Part shown: piece after piece, positions 36,148-51,200 of the stretch
How positions within the stretch are numbered: the first letter of the stretch is position 1
Layout of the letters: every line of letters starts with the position of its first letter
Origin: Zootoca vivipara
Lineage: Eukaryota
Direction of reading: 5' to 3'
Assembly: GCF_963506605.1 (NCBI RefSeq)
Contig: NC_083277.1
Location: 114,452,001-114,516,000, forward strand
Length of the DNA: 64,000 nucleotides
Position numbers and translations under genes: made by a program
The notes under the pieces: model-generated
What the model was told of the DNA's origin: nothing
Seen by the model: the letters and a program-made list of their open reading frames with translations, nothing else
Databases searched by the model: none

Positions 36148-39100
36148 CTAAACCCGGGCAAAGAAGGAACCCAGTCTCAGAATTCAGTTGGACACTGGGA
36201 TGCAGCACCCACCCACCCCAGTTTAGAAGAATGAGCACATGCACAATATTCCCGGGCTCCTGTCGGAGCGGACCATTTCCTTTACAGGATTCTCAACGTT
36301 TACCTTTCCCAATTTCTGACAGTAATCTGTGCATCCCTCCTTCCCGCGTAGGCTGGGAGGAACGTACCAAAAGCACAGATTGATGAATTCCGGCTAAAAG
36401 AAAAGAGGAAAGACATCTTAAGGGAAGTGTTCAGGACTATATTTCTCCTACACACCCATCCCCTGTGAAGTGTGAAGTTCTGGGGGCCCTGGTCTATATT
36501 TCAATAGTATACACCCCCTATCTGCAGGGGTGCCTCTTCATCCTGTCAATCATCAGGTGACTGAGAGTTCAAGCCAGGCTCAGGGTGACCTCGGATCTTA
36601 CTGCTGCAAAGTGCAAAAATTGGATAGAAGTGACCTGTTATCTAAGGTTCAGATCTCCGTGCTTGGTGGCATAGGATGCCCGGTGTCTGGCGGGTGGGCA
36701 TGTTTCACCCAAAACACCAAAGAAAGATGCCAAGGCTCAAACCTTTGAAGGTTGATTGTAGGTGAGGAAACAGCCTGCAGCTGTGAGTGAAGAGTGTGTG
36801 CTTTGCATGTGGAGTGCTCTGAGTTCAGGTCCTGCCTTCTCCAAAACATCCTCAATGATGACTAGTAAAGGTCCCCTCACAAAGACAGCCTCACTGCTTG
36901 AGGGCTTGAGGAATCATTGGTCCAACACTACAAAAGACGCCTTCATAGGTGTAAGACTAGTCAAAGAAGAGCAAAAGTCTCGGCAAGCCTAGGGGCGCCC
37001 TTCTGTGTCCTGTGTCCACTGAATACAGATTCTGAGACTGAGGCCTGTCGAGTCCTGGAGCTCAGGCACTTCTTACCTCTATCACCAGCTGAAAGCCTTC
37101 TCTCTTCTTGATCTCATCAGCCAGGTACCTAGCGGAGGGAAGGAGGAGAATGCCAGGAAACTGGGATGAGCTCTGTAACATTCACCTGCTGGCAACTAGG
37201 CAGTGGAGGCGTCATCCCGATTCCCTCGGCTTTGAGAAAGGACAAGTTGAAAGGGAGACCACCCACGCCGTTCCCACCCTTACCCCACAAGGCGCACCTG
37301 GTGATGGCGAAGGCCCTGTCGACTCTCTGCTCTAAACCCCTCGTGCCATTGGCCTTCCACATCAGCCACAGCTTGAAGCAGTCGACTTTGCGGCCACACT
37401 GGATGGTCTGGTCCCCCCTGTCGTAAGTCCTGTTGTAGAACTTGTCAGTCTGGAAGAGGTAAGTGGCTTCAGCGCAGTGGCATCTCTGCAGCAGGCCCTG
37501 CCATGGAGGAGAAGCCAAAACAGAATTTTACAAAACATGTTCCTACGTTCTATTGTAACATATTCCTGCCTTCCCCCGCCCGGTCCATTAAAATGGCTTT
37601 TGATCATTCTCTAAGGGCCTTTCTTCACATGTCTCTTCCACAAGAGGTCCAGAAGGCAGCAACACGAGAGCGGTGACTTTTCCGTGTTGGCATCCTGCTT
37701 GTGGAATGCTCTCCCCAGGGAGTCTTGCCTGGCGCTTTCGTTACGTATCTTTAGCTGCTAGTCAAAAATATTCCTCTTCTCTCAGGCCTAGCGTCTTTTA
37801 AATCGTGTTTGAGGTGGGGTATTGTTTTTGTTTGTTATTATGATATGTCATTTGTGTTTCTATATTGTATTGTAAACTGCCCTGTGGTCTTTGGATGAAG
37901 GGCAGGATAGATATCAAATAAATAAATAAATACCCTGTTTCTCATATTTTAAGACATACCGATAAAATAAGCCATAGCAGGATTTTTAAGCATTCAAGGA
38001 ATATAAGCCATACCCCGAAAATAAGACATAGTGATAGGCGCAGCAGCAATGCCGGCCGCAGCAGGAGGAAGAGGAAAAAAATAAGACATCCCTTGAAAAT
38101 AAGCCATAGTGTGTTTTTTTGAGGAAAAAATAAATATAAGACGTGTCTTATAATATGAGAAACACGGTAAATAAATAGTGTGGCTTTCAACCACAGTTAA
38201 GATAAGAAATACACAGGATAAAAGCATGAGATATTAAAAAAAGATCAGGAGATTCAAAAACTTTTGGGATTTTAGAACTAGCGCAAGAGCAGGCTTCCAC
38301 AGGGGGGGAAAACAACGACCACAATATGGGACACACTTCCACAACCTCGGGCAGTCCAGATGTTTTGGACTCCAAATCCCATCAGCAACAGTCAGCATCA
38401 TGTTTTGGACTACAGTTCTCATCAGCCCTAGCCAATATGTGGATGATGGGAATTGTAGTCCAAAATACCTGGAGGTCACCAAGTTGGGGAAAGCTGGCCA
38501 AGGCATAACGATGGAGATAGCTCCGCATCTCAGCTAAGTGCAGTTCGAAAGTGGGCAGGACAAAAAGGAGTGTCTCCAAAGCAGATCTCAAGGACTGCCT
38601 CGCCCCATTGTGAGGCGGCCTACTCTTTAAGAAGTCCTGGTCTTGAGGTAGGACCTTGCAAATCTGGGAGGCAGTGGAAGACAGGAGTGCCTGGTGTGCT
38701 CTGGTCCATGGGGTCACAAAGAGTCGGACACGACTAAACAACAACAACAACAAAGGAACTTGCTAGCACAAGTTAGGAAGGATATTAATAAACAGTATAT
38801 CCTCTCCTGCAACCCTCAACATTCCAACAAAAAGTGGGTGGGACACTCCTTTCTCCCAGCCATCTCCTTTCTGCATTAATTTTTTTCCTTCCTTGCCACT
38901 CACATGACATTAGGCCACAGGCCAAATGCTGCTTTCAGGCTGCGGGCTGCCCACCCCTGGACTAGCTAGCTTTCTAGTTTCCTCCTTACAACTGATAGGT
39001 GGAGTTCCTTAAGCTGAATCATCCCCAGCCCAAATACCTACGGAGTTGTCATGGAGGAGGAAGGCAGAACACTGCAGCCCAGTCATAAGCATTTTGTGGG

Positions 39101-42100
39101 GATTCCAAGCCACGGAATCTGCCCTGTGTAGGGAAACAGAATGTTATCATGGCTTGTTTCGACACAGAACTAAGATGCAAGAAAATCAATGTCGTGGGGG
39201 GTGGGGAGTGGGGAGAAGAAAATGCAATATTGCAACGTAAACAAGGCTTTTCCAGAAGGAAATGTCTGTCAGTTTGACCTTCACATGTCAGGGCTTACAG
39301 CCCTGCGTGAATTTTGAGAATGCCCCAAATATATATTTTACTTATTCCTCCATTGTTTGGACAGACTCAGGCAAATGCTAACAGTATCAACATTCACCAA
39401 CGCAGTTGTATGGAATGATCAATACAGTACATATACTGTACGTGGTTGTTGACATCCACTGTAACAGTAAGGTGCTGGTGGAGGTCTTCAGGCAGGGGTG
39501 GCGCCGCCAGTACTCTGGTCTCCCAGACAAGACTGCCAGCTAAGAGTGCCCTATGTGCTGCAGAACTGGTGTGGGCACCCCCATCTGAGCCCATACCATG
39601 AAGATGGTCAGTTGAATTCACAAGCAAATGTAGATACATAAAAACTTTCCATCCAAACAAACTTGTCATGCTAAACAGCAATACAGATTCGCTCACCCTA
39701 AGTGTCTGGCACCCATCTGTAACACACACACACACACACACACACCCCACAATGAAACAATTGACAAAACTTTTCTGTTTTTTTGGTTTTGTTCATTTGC
39801 AGATTTCTGCAGGGGGTTAAGGAGCCCAAGTTTCATCCTTCTTCATCATTGTTCATTGTTCAGATATCAAGCATTCCAAATGCCGGCTTATCTTGCCAGC
39901 AGAGTCTGGATGTTATTAGCCTCATTTAAATTAAAAAAAAACTTTGCTAAACCTTTAAAACATATGCCTTTCTTGGTCTGTCTCCAACTCGGCAGCTTTG
40001 TGTATGTATGTTCATGTTTTCATAACTGTTAGAAACCACGCCAAGCTGTACCAAGCCTCTTTCAATGAGACCAGCCCCATATCTGACCTCCAGGCCATCT
40101 GTGACTGGATCTCCTGCTTTTGACCCCACCCCCACCCTGCATGCATGTTTGCCTGATCTGGTGCCTGACTTCCAGCCTGCCTTGTTACTGGCACCGGTTC
40201 CTTTGACCCATCCTGGAATCTCACCCCAGCAGCAGCCTGTTGCAAAATGATGCCGTGGACTTGACAGTAATATTATAAAGGACATGAATCAGACCAATGA
40301 CAAGCAGTGGCTTTCCAGGGCAGGTGACTTAGCTGAAAGCTATTAGGCTGCCAGAGATATTTGGCCCTGAACTGGCAGCCTCACATAAAACCTGTCACAG
40401 GGCACCAGGGATCTGTTATGGCAGGATCCAGGGCTCCTTGTTCTCTGTGCCAGCTTGCCAGGCAAGGGAACTGCCTGCCATGTCCAAATTGTGGCACACT
40501 TGTGGACTCCCCTTCCTTGGAGGTTTTTAAGCAGAGGTTGGATGGCCATCTGTCATGGATTGCTATAGCTGAGATTCATAGATGACCCTTGGGGTCCCTT
40601 CCAGCGCTACAAGTCTATGATTCTAAATCAGGGGTCAGCAAACTTTTTCAGCAGGGGGCCGGTCCACTGTCCCTCAGACCTCGTGGGGGGCAGGACTATA
40701 TTTGGGGGGGGGGGGAATGAACGAATTCCTATGCCCCACAAATAACCCAGAGATGCGTTTTAAATAGAAGGACATTCTACTCATGTAAAAACATGCTGAT
40801 TCCTGGACCGTCCACGGGCTGGATTTAGAAGGCGATTGGGCCGCATCCGGCCCCCGGGCCTTAGTTTGGGAATCCCTGTTCTAAATCAACATGGGATTAA
40901 GTATGTAGGGAACCTGGCTGGTTCCATATAAAGCTGCTGACTTGAGACTGGCTGCTCGGGCAGCCCATCTCTCCACATTTCCAGCCCCTTGTATCACTGG
41001 TCCATTGGTATACAGCTCCAACCCCACTCAAGAGTAAATGCTGCCTACCTCTCGACCCCATTCAGAAGGTGCCGGTGCCTCTGGGAGAGGAGGGCACTGC
41101 CACCCCATGCAGCCTACAAGAGAGTGACAGAGGCATATCGATCATTAACAACCCATCCGGGCAAAGTGTGTCAACGAGGTGCTCGTGTGGTCAGAAATCC
41201 CAATCTGAAAATACCTGAAAAGCATTGGCATAATTCCAGGGATAGCTGACCAGTGATGGAATGGGAGTCTCACCCCCGTTTATGCATTAGATCTGTTTCA
41301 TCATGGCATATCTACTGAGCACGAGATCTGGTTGTGGGACAGACCCACAACTGCCCCTATGCCACTAAAAGTTAAGGCATTTCTAAGGGCCCATCTATAA
41401 GGGTTATAACAGGCATCCCCAAACTTCGGCCCTCCAGATGTTTTGGACTACAATTCCCATCTTCCCCGACCACTGGTCCTGTTAGCTAGGGATCATGGGA
41501 GTTGTAGGCCAAAACATCTGGAGGGCCGCAGTTTGGGGATGCCTGGGTTAGAAACTTGAGGGGAGTCACAAGCTCCAGTTGAAAGCATCTCAAGACACTG
41601 AATTCTGCCCCCAAACCCAAAATCTGGACTTACTTAGAATGATCACAGATATGAAGAATGCATCCAATCCTCCTCCCTGGTCTTTTCCCCCCGCCTTGAT
41701 TTTTGTCCCTCAAGGTTTCTGTCTCTTCCACCCTACTGCCTCTTGGATAATAATTAAATAGTAATCCCCCTACAAAGCAGGTTGCCCGCTACATCTACCG
41801 GTATGGACGACTGATTCACTGCTCTGGTCTTTCCTCACTAGGGGCAGGTTAGTCTGTTGCGTCCCTGCATCTGCAGCACACAATCGCTTCTAATGCAGAG
41901 ACATGACAAAACAATACTGTACATCCTAGGAGGTTACCTGTTGCATCTCTGCATGGGCCCAATCTTGCAACTACATCCTGAAAGGAACAGGATTGTGAGA
42001 TCATCCTCGGACCAAAATATATATATATATGCATGGGGAAATGATCGTGACATTAGTTTTTCCACATGACACCACAAAGCAATGCCGTGGACATGAATCA

Positions 42101-42379
42101 CTGGTCAAGATCCAAAGAGACCTGTGTATGTACACAAATGTCACTCTGTGCATGCAGAATGAAACAGCTGCTTTTACCTTTTGGCTGCAGCTCCTGTCGA
42201 CTCCCTGAATGCGACTTCAGGAAAGGTTTTGGGAAGGTAGGAGCAAGGGACGATTGTAGGAAAGCCACCTCACCTGCCAATATGTCAGAAGTGGACCACC
42301 TGTCTCTAAGGACCAATTCTATCCTCGGTCTGGGTGGCATTCAGGGTTTAAAAGACACAGAACACATTCACCCCTCCCT

Positions 42380-42428
<49 letters not shown>

Positions 42429-45223
42429 CACCTCCTTCCATCCCCAAGGATCTGTAGGGCACCAACCCCTCAGCCTGCTGCACTTACATCAACGTGAAGC
42501 CAGACCTTGTGCCTTGCGCACACTTCCGCAATCTCAGCCACGGGGTCAAAGGCTCCCAGGACGGTGGTGCCACAGGTGGCGTTGACAAAGAAGGGGAATG
42601 CCCTCTGGGAAAGAAGAGCATCAAGAGCAGGCATTGGCAGACGGGATATATAGCTGGCGCAGTCTTTGCCCTCCGGAGGTTTTGGACTACAACTCCCATC
42701 AGCCCCAGCCAGAGCAGTTTGGCTTGGCTAGGGCTGATTTTCTGCGGACATTACGAGGATGTTGTGTCTCCCAACAACCCACATCCCACCCCCCACATGC
42801 ACTCTGTCTCTCTCTGATCATGTTTGGTAAAACCAACACAAGGCATCATTGCATTCAGGGCTGACCCGCCATGAGCAAGCAGTGGCTAGACAATGAAGAC
42901 GCTTCATTGTCTATGCTGTCCTATTGCACATCTCTAACATTGCTGGGGGCTCAGGGCAGCAGAGCATGTGCTCCCCTACAATGCAGCTCTCCAGATGTTG
43001 TTGGACTCCAAGTCCCTTCATCCCTGGCAGCCGGCCATGCTGAGTGGGGCGGAAGGGAGTCAAGAGTCCAGCCACCTCCAAAGGGGCACAAGTTAGCCAC
43101 CCCTGTTAACAACAAAACAATTTATCATTTATACCCTGCCACTCTGGGCAGCTCCCAACAGAATATTAATAACATGCTAAAACATAAACATTAAAATCTT
43201 CAGGGCTGCCTTCAGATGTCTTCTAAAAGTCAGAGAGTTGTTTATTTCCTTGACATCTGATGGGAGGGCGTTCCACAGGGTGGATGCCACTACCGAGAAG
43301 GCCCTCTGCCTGGTCCCCTGTAACCTCACTTCTCGCAGTGAGGGAACTGCCAAAAGGCCCTCGGCGCTGGACTTCAGTGTCCGGGCTGAATGGTGGGGGT
43401 GGAGAAGCTCCTTCAGGTATAAGTAGGCAAGTCCTCAGAAACAGAGTGGAGCACCATGAAGGAAAATGCCCTGTGCTCCCAGTTCTGCCCCCTTCACCAC
43501 TCGGAGGAAACCTACCTCAGATTTGGCCTGGTTGATCTTTTTCTCCAGATCAGCAGGGATCATTTTTCCCCTGGAGGAGAAAGAAAGCGGTGGCAGATGT
43601 GAGTCAGGCATGCATGTCATTTCATTAAGACAATCCACCTCTAGAACCAACCTATGCAAGGAGAAGAATCGTGTGGTACATGTTTGCCCCGGAATGTGCT
43701 ATTTCAGGCTGCAGCAGGTCAAATGCCTCCCCGTTTCAAAAGTCCCTGTGCACACAGAAAACTAGTGTCTTTGGGGGAAGGAGTTCTCTATGAAGCATTG
43801 CTTTTCCACTTCTGGGAAGATATTTTTCCTAAGGGGAAGCACTGAGAAAAAGATCCCCTACCTGCAATCCAAAATGGCAAAATCCATATACAGCTGTTCC
43901 ACATTAGCTTGAGCAGATCAACACTCAAGGATGATCCATTCAACCACTTGGGAGGCCTTTTTTAAATCTCTGACAACTTCGTTTCAAAGGCAATGTGCAA
44001 AGTGCAACTCTAGGCCCTGCGTTAATGCACTACCTTAACCTTTTCGGAACTTTTTGCCATTGGAAAGAATTTGAGGTAAACATCTTTTCCATCTTGAGGA
44101 CTAGAAGAGAAATAAAAATAAATCTTTGGTTTTCAGGGTGCTAAATTCCATCCCCATTATCAGCTCCTATGTTAGCTGCGAAATCACTGCGTGCCTGTCT
44201 ATGGGGTTATAATTTTCCATTAAATATTGGGGGAGGGGGAGGGAATCGGGAAACAAAAGAAAAAGAAACAATGGTATTTCTGTCCTTGGGTATTTCCCAG
44301 GGGAGGCATCTGTTAAGGGTGCATTTGGTAGGTAAATATCATGTCTCAGGGCAAATTATTTTATTAGGTGGTCCACTGGCAGTGCCAGGAGACCTGGGCC
44401 AGGTCAAATGTCACAAAGGTTTCCGATGGAAGCTCTCACTTTTCATCAACAGCAACAAGGTAGATGTTGTCTGTGCCAATTCCCAGGAAAGCCGCTCCCT
44501 TCTGGATGGAGTAATGGCACTGGAAGAGAAGCCAGAAAAAGAGGGAATTAGAGGATACTAGCAGAGGCTGGTCCATTTGGGGCTAATAAGGCACTGGCCC
44601 ACCAACCGTAGCCTATTCTCGGCAAACACCCATCTGCGGGTCTTCTAACGACCAGCCCAATGTGTGGCACTGCCTGTGAGCTTCCACCTCTGCAGTCTCA
44701 GAACCTAGCAGGGAGGGAGATGGTGACAAACCTAGAATTGGTTGGCTCTGCCTGTCATTGGCTCTCTGGCGCCAACTCCTGTTGACCTCCTGCCTTCTGC
44801 CCTAGCAGCACCAATGGGCATCAGCCACCATGGACTGATACTACTGTCCATTGGAAGCCGTCTACTGTAATACAATTTGATCAATTCCCACCCAGAAACC
44901 AATGTACCCACTGTGGAAGGACGTGTGGATCCAGAATTGGCCTCCACAGTCACTTACGTTAAAACCGTGTTTATGGAAGACAAACTTACTCAGCTACAAG
45001 TGATCACCAAAAAAGGAGGAGGAGGAGGAGGAGGAGGAGGTGGTAGAAAGCTGCCCTGGACACAGAATTGACTTGTGCCTCCATGGACAGCTGTCCAAAA
45101 TGACTCCCAGGCTGTGTACCTGGTCCTTCAGGGGCAGTTATCCCATTCAGGACCAGAGAGTTCTCCCTCCATTTGAATGGCCTCTGGAAAGGCTGCAGCA
45201 CAGTCAAAAATCAGGCAGCAGGC

Positions 45224-45277
<54 letters not shown>

Positions 45278-48200
45278 CTCAGGAGAATAACATACCTCCT
45301 GCGAAGTGAACACTGCCAGTTTCGGTATTGCCCAGTTACCCTTCTGCTTGCAATCTGGGAAGCGGTGGTATCGTGCCACGTTCATGGCATACATGTTGGA
45401 GATTGAGCCCCCTGCAAAAAAAGAGCCCAGAGAGATCATGGTCTAAGGTTATTTATTTCTATTTCTATTCTATTTAATGCACTCATAGCCAGGTATATGT
45501 GTATGCCGTAATTCCGTAGGAGCACAGCAAAGATGCAGAATGTAACCTCGGGTGCAGGTTTCAGCTTCCATTAAAACAAAAACAAAAAAACAAGGGAGCA
45601 AGTTCCTAGCCTTCATGGCTGTGAAGGTTAAAAATGGACAATGGCTGCTAAAATCTCAGAAGCCAGAGGAGGAATGAAAGATTTCCAGTGGATAGGAAAG
45701 ACGTGAAACACTTGACTGGCTGCTTAGCCATCCCCATTACTAGCAAAACCAGAACAAAATATGCAAATAGTCAAGAATCCATGCAAAGTCAGAAGCAGCA
45801 GAGAAGAAAGAGCATGAAGATTGCCTGCTTTTACTTATAAATGGCAATTATAATGTCAAATATCAAGGTTAGTATGGGGTTCCTGAAGCGAAACTCCGTT
45901 GTTTTTGGTGCAACAAGTTGCAGACCAGAGGTAGCCATAGCCATCGTGGTGGCCTCTAGATGTTATTTGACTACAATTCCCATCATTTCAGACCATTGTC
46001 CAGATGGGGTTAAATCTGCTTCTGGTGGACAATATACAGCCCTCTGTAAAGGTACTGCTGCAGATTTGACCTAGAACATGCATAAAGGAGTATCACTCAC
46101 CAGGACTGAAGAGCCCATCCCCTTTCTTCCAGCCAATCAGCTCCCGCAGCTTCTTCAGAACCACCTCCTCCATCAATACAAACACAGGGGCGATCTCATA
46201 TGTGTACCTAGAACACAAGGTGAGATGATGTTTTGGTCCAGGTCATATACCTGCAATTGTAAGTCACAAGCAGGTATTGGGGAGTGTCATCTAGGAAAGG
46301 TTCCTAGGAAGTAAAGAGTGGCCAGCGAATGGTTGGAGGACCATTGGGCAAGCTATCAGGAACCCAAGAAGTTAATCAGCCTATTAGGCTGGTAGGGTCG
46401 TAGAATGGAACAACTGATTGGCTTGCAGGAAAAGACCAATCAGGCTCCAGGAGGGAAGCAGAACCAGCCAATCAGACGGGACTCATTGTGTAAATAACGT
46501 ATATAAAAGCCTGAGGTTTGGGGTGGGGTGGGGATTTCATTCACTGTTTTACAAGCTGCAGTAAAGAGCATGAAGTCACTACAGGACTCCGAGTACATTT
46601 CACATACTGTACTAATAAATGAGAACTTCATCCCTTAGCAGGGTGCACAGCTGCTGAAAAAAATACTATTAAAATGAGGGGAAAATAACAAAAGAAAGTA
46701 GTAAAATGGTTCACAAAATGACCTGGGCATAGTTCTATCACTGAACTATTCTGACAACCTCATTCCGCAGGGATAGACTATCACACTATGAATGGACGTG
46801 CTCTCTGGGGTATGGAAGAAGCATTCCATTTCCCCGGATACAAAACTCTGCATTTTGAGTGCTCTGAAAATGCGATGCCTCCACAACAGAGCCCAACAGT
46901 GCAATCCCGTGCATGTTTACCTGCTCGTAAGTCCTACTGATTCCCCCTGAGAAGTGTGTGGCGTTTAAGTAATGCAGGGTGCAGAATATATGTAACAAAC
47001 TACCAGATATGAGGAACTGCATGGGCGCCGACAGCGGGCATCTATCTCCTTAGCTTGGCAGGGTGGGGGAGTGCAAGCATGATGTCCTGTCCTATGATTT
47101 CTTTCTTCTTTGGCGATCACTCGTAGCAGAGTAAGATTGTCTTCCATAAGCACGGTTTTAACAATGGGTCCATAAGTGACTGTGGAGGCCAATTCTGGAT
47201 CCACACGTACTTCCTCAGTGTGGACATTGGTTTCCGGGTGGGAGCTGATCATGGTGTGGATTTTTTTTTAAAAAAATATATTTTATTAATTTTCCAATTA
47301 AAACCAATTATATCACATTCATTATTTCAAATTATACACATATATATATCAATCAAACCGAATGTTATGCCAAATCGTCTAAAGAATTTTTTATTTGGGT
47401 TCCCATGCTTCAAGAAATTGGGGATTCCTCGCAACCGTCCACTGCCGTCTTTTTTCTAAAGTTCAAATCGTCCTCCAAGTTCATAATAATCCAGATCTTC
47501 CCCTTACAGTCACATAGATGTTTTCCACTTTCAACCGATTGTTTCCCAGCTGCTGAGATAAATATCAAACAAGGTTTCACAAATGTTCTTTCTCCTGTGT
47601 GGGTTAATCAGTCCAGCCTCCCCATAAATCTTCTTAGTCTGGAGCTCCCTGTTGCGTCGAAGCAGCGCCATCTTAAAAAGCTCAAATCACTTTCGTTTTC
47701 TCTCATAGCCATGAAGATTAACGATCTTTATAAAATTTACAGCTTTTCCAGGCAGAAGACCCAAACATCAAACCATAAACTCTTGGTAAATTAATGGATC
47801 TCCTTGCCCTATAGCTGAACTTAGCTTCAGGTCGCTGCTCCAATTCAAAGTGCGTCACAGCTCATAAATCCTCCGAACGCGTCCAGGACTCCTTCCGTCC
47901 GACTAGGGGGGGGGGCTTTTCTCATCGGCAACTCCACATCTTTAAAAAATATGCTCAGTAACAACAGTTTATAAAGTTCAACTCACACAGTCTTTTGCTT
48001 CTCTTTCACTCCAAACAAGCCAGGACATCGCGTCTGGGAAGATACGAAGTAACTCATATGAAGAAAAATTAAAAAAAAACTCAATTCCCTTATCGCTCCG
48101 TCCCCATCAATCCTTCTTCCAGATGATATACAGCCTTTAACTCCTCTCCCTCAGCAGCATAGATTTCTCAGCAGTAAACAGCGCTTCTTCCCCTCCTTCT

Positions 48201-51200
48201 GAAGTATGTCCATAGATTTAAGCCTAATTATCTTCTTTAACCATGGAAATCCCCGCCATGCAGATTAGCGTCCGGGAGTCCTGGCCCTCGTAAGTGCTTT
48301 TCAGCCCAAGCTCCCCCCACTCCATAAACAGTCGGAGTGGGTCTGGGGGCATCGCGGGCCAGCGGCCCCTCTCCGTAACCCCCGGAGAGGGTAGGGGGTT
48401 GCCATTTACTCCCCTAGCAACCGCCAAATTCCTTACGAAGGTCAGAGGGATGGAAAACAGGTCCGCCATTCCTGCCGGCGGAAACCGGAACCTCCGATCA
48501 TGGTGTGGATTTGCCAAGCGTGCCTTCCTCTTAGCACGTTTCTCCCTTGTGTCCTGAGTTCGAGTTTCTTCAAAGCCCATGGCACCTTTGGTAAAGGCTG
48601 TTCTCCAACTGGAGCGCTCGCAGGTCAGTGTTTCCCAGTTGTCTACATTTTTAAAGATTTGCCTTGAGACAGTCTTTAAACCTCTTTTGTTGACCAACAA
48701 CATTACGCTTTCCATTTTTAAGTTTGGAATGGAGTAGTTGCTTTGGAAGGCGATCATCAGGCATCCGCACAACATGACCAGTCCAACGAACAAGGTGATG
48801 ATCCAGCGAGTAGGCCTGTCCTATGATATCACCACCTCAGGGCTTATGTTCTTGCTGCTCTTGCTTAATGGTTGCTCCTTGTAATGGATGCAAATATGTG
48901 AATACAACTGTGTCATGTTTCTACCCCACAACTTGGCATTATCAGAAATATTTAGTTTGCCTGCATCACAGGAGGTGGCTCACTTAGAAAACTGCTATGC
49001 TTTTCTTCCTTTCAGGATCAAGGATGGAATCCGTGAAGGGGGGGGGGCTTTTGTGACAGTACTCACCGCTACAGAGTACCATGATTCTCTTTTTTGCTGC
49101 CCATGGCAGCCATTTTGTACAGCTACCCATGGCCCTTCTAGTCATATATGAACACTGGCACCTCAATTTTTTTACCCCCCCAAAAGCGCTAGATACAGAT
49201 ACAGATACAGTGGTACCTCGAAAGTCGAACAGAATCCATTCTGAAGTCCGTTCAACTTCCAAAACGTTTGGAAACCAAGGCACGGCTTCCGATTGGCTGC
49301 AGGAAGCTCCTGCAGCCAATCGGAAGCCGTGGAAGCCACGACAGACATTCGGTTTTCAAAGAACGTTCGCAAACCGGAACACTCACTTCCGGGTTCATGG
49401 CATTCGTTAGCCTAAACGTTCGACTCACAAGGTGTTCAGGATCCAAGGTACAACTGTACAGTATATAGAGAGGGATAAGGAAAGAAATATATGCATAAAA
49501 AAAACCATGTATTTCAGAGTTGGAAGCTGTTTGGGGGAAAAGATTGTATGTGCACCAAGACCACTTTTGCCTCTGGTAAAGTGTTCTGCATTTCAAGAAC
49601 CTGCAAACCCCGTTTGATCGCAGAGGACAAAATAAATATGTGGGTAGACCTTAGGAAGCAATGCCCCTAATCTACTAAATCTAACCATTTCCAGATCTTT
49701 TTAAAACTATAATCCGTACTGAGCCCAAGAGAGCCACTGCAACCTATTTTAATGCCACGGTTTCATCAGAAAAGTGCAAACACATACTGGCTGGTGTTGA
49801 GCATCTCTGTGATCAGCCGTCCGGCCAAAGCATGGGGATCAAGTCCTGAAAACAACTGGTTGAAAAATCGCGGGTGACCTGAGAAAGAAAGAGAAAGTGA
49901 GTGTGTAGCTATGCTGAACTGAAACTACTTTGGATCAGTATGCAGCACAATCACATCATACCAAATAAAATTCTCTTTTTGGAAGTGGTGTGTGGGGAAC
50001 ACACTCTTTTACACAGGGCATGAATGAAAGGTACAGCAGGAAGGCATTCGGGCCAGGCAATTTCTGGTTTTCAACATCGTGATATATCACCAGCTAAACA
50101 TCATGATATACTGATATATCGCAATGTCTGAAATAAGGATAGAGCTACGTAGAGGCATTGGCTGGCTTCGAGGTTTTTCCCCGCATCGTGATTTTTGCAT
50201 AGCGCGTGCACACACACACACACATATCATGGTTTGCAATATATTGCCAGGTCAAAAATTATGAAACTTATATCATGGAGTTCAAACCGGTTTTGGACGA
50301 TATATTGCCCAGCCCTAGAAGACGCTTGTTTTCTGAAGAACTTATTACTTTGCCTCTGATCATGGGAACACCGCTGTCTCTGTTTGCTGAAAATATGCCA
50401 GGACGTGGTGTTTCCTTTAGGACATATTTACATAACCAGAGATATTTGTCCTGAATTCTGACCTCATGTGTACAAGGACAGCAAATTCCAGGGTGTTTTA
50501 GCCGCACCCCTTGGCTCACAATTTTCATCGCCTTTGGGCCACTGTGCATTTATAGGCTATTTTAAATCCACATTGGAGGCAATAGCCAGCTTTGTTATCA
50601 GGTCACTTAACATGAGAAACATCCCGTTTTGCTGCTTGAGGCCATGGAAACAAGACTTAACTGAAGCAGGAACTACATATTACTCCACATGTGGAAACTA
50701 CGCTATTTCATGAACGAGCTGCTGGTGCCAGGCACTCACAAGTCTTCACGCTGTATCTGATAACATCCCGGCAGCGGTCCAGCAATCTCTCCTGCGGCTC
50801 CCCTCCGTCTTTTAGGTCCAGGTCCAGGATTTGCTGCAGCTCCTCAGGTTCCTTCCAATCACACACCTAACAAGGAAGGAAACAGGTTGGCCAGTTCGTA
50901 TTGAAAAGTTCAGGCGGCATCACATAAATGCTTGAATAACATGGTCCCGTCCTCACGTTATACCATCGGGATGAGGTGGGATTGCTACTAAACCCTCTAG
51001 ATGCCGGCGCAAGCCCAAGGAGTGCTGCTGGCGCGGCAAAGTTATGATGCTAAAGTGATGCTGGTTTGCTCTCATAACACAGGGCCGGTCAGCCCATGAG
51101 GCGGGCTGAAGCAGTCGCCTTGGGCAGCTCCCAGGGTTGCGCAGCAGTGCTTTGGGAAGCTGTCACTGCCAGTGTACAACCCCAGTAAAAAATGTAAAAA

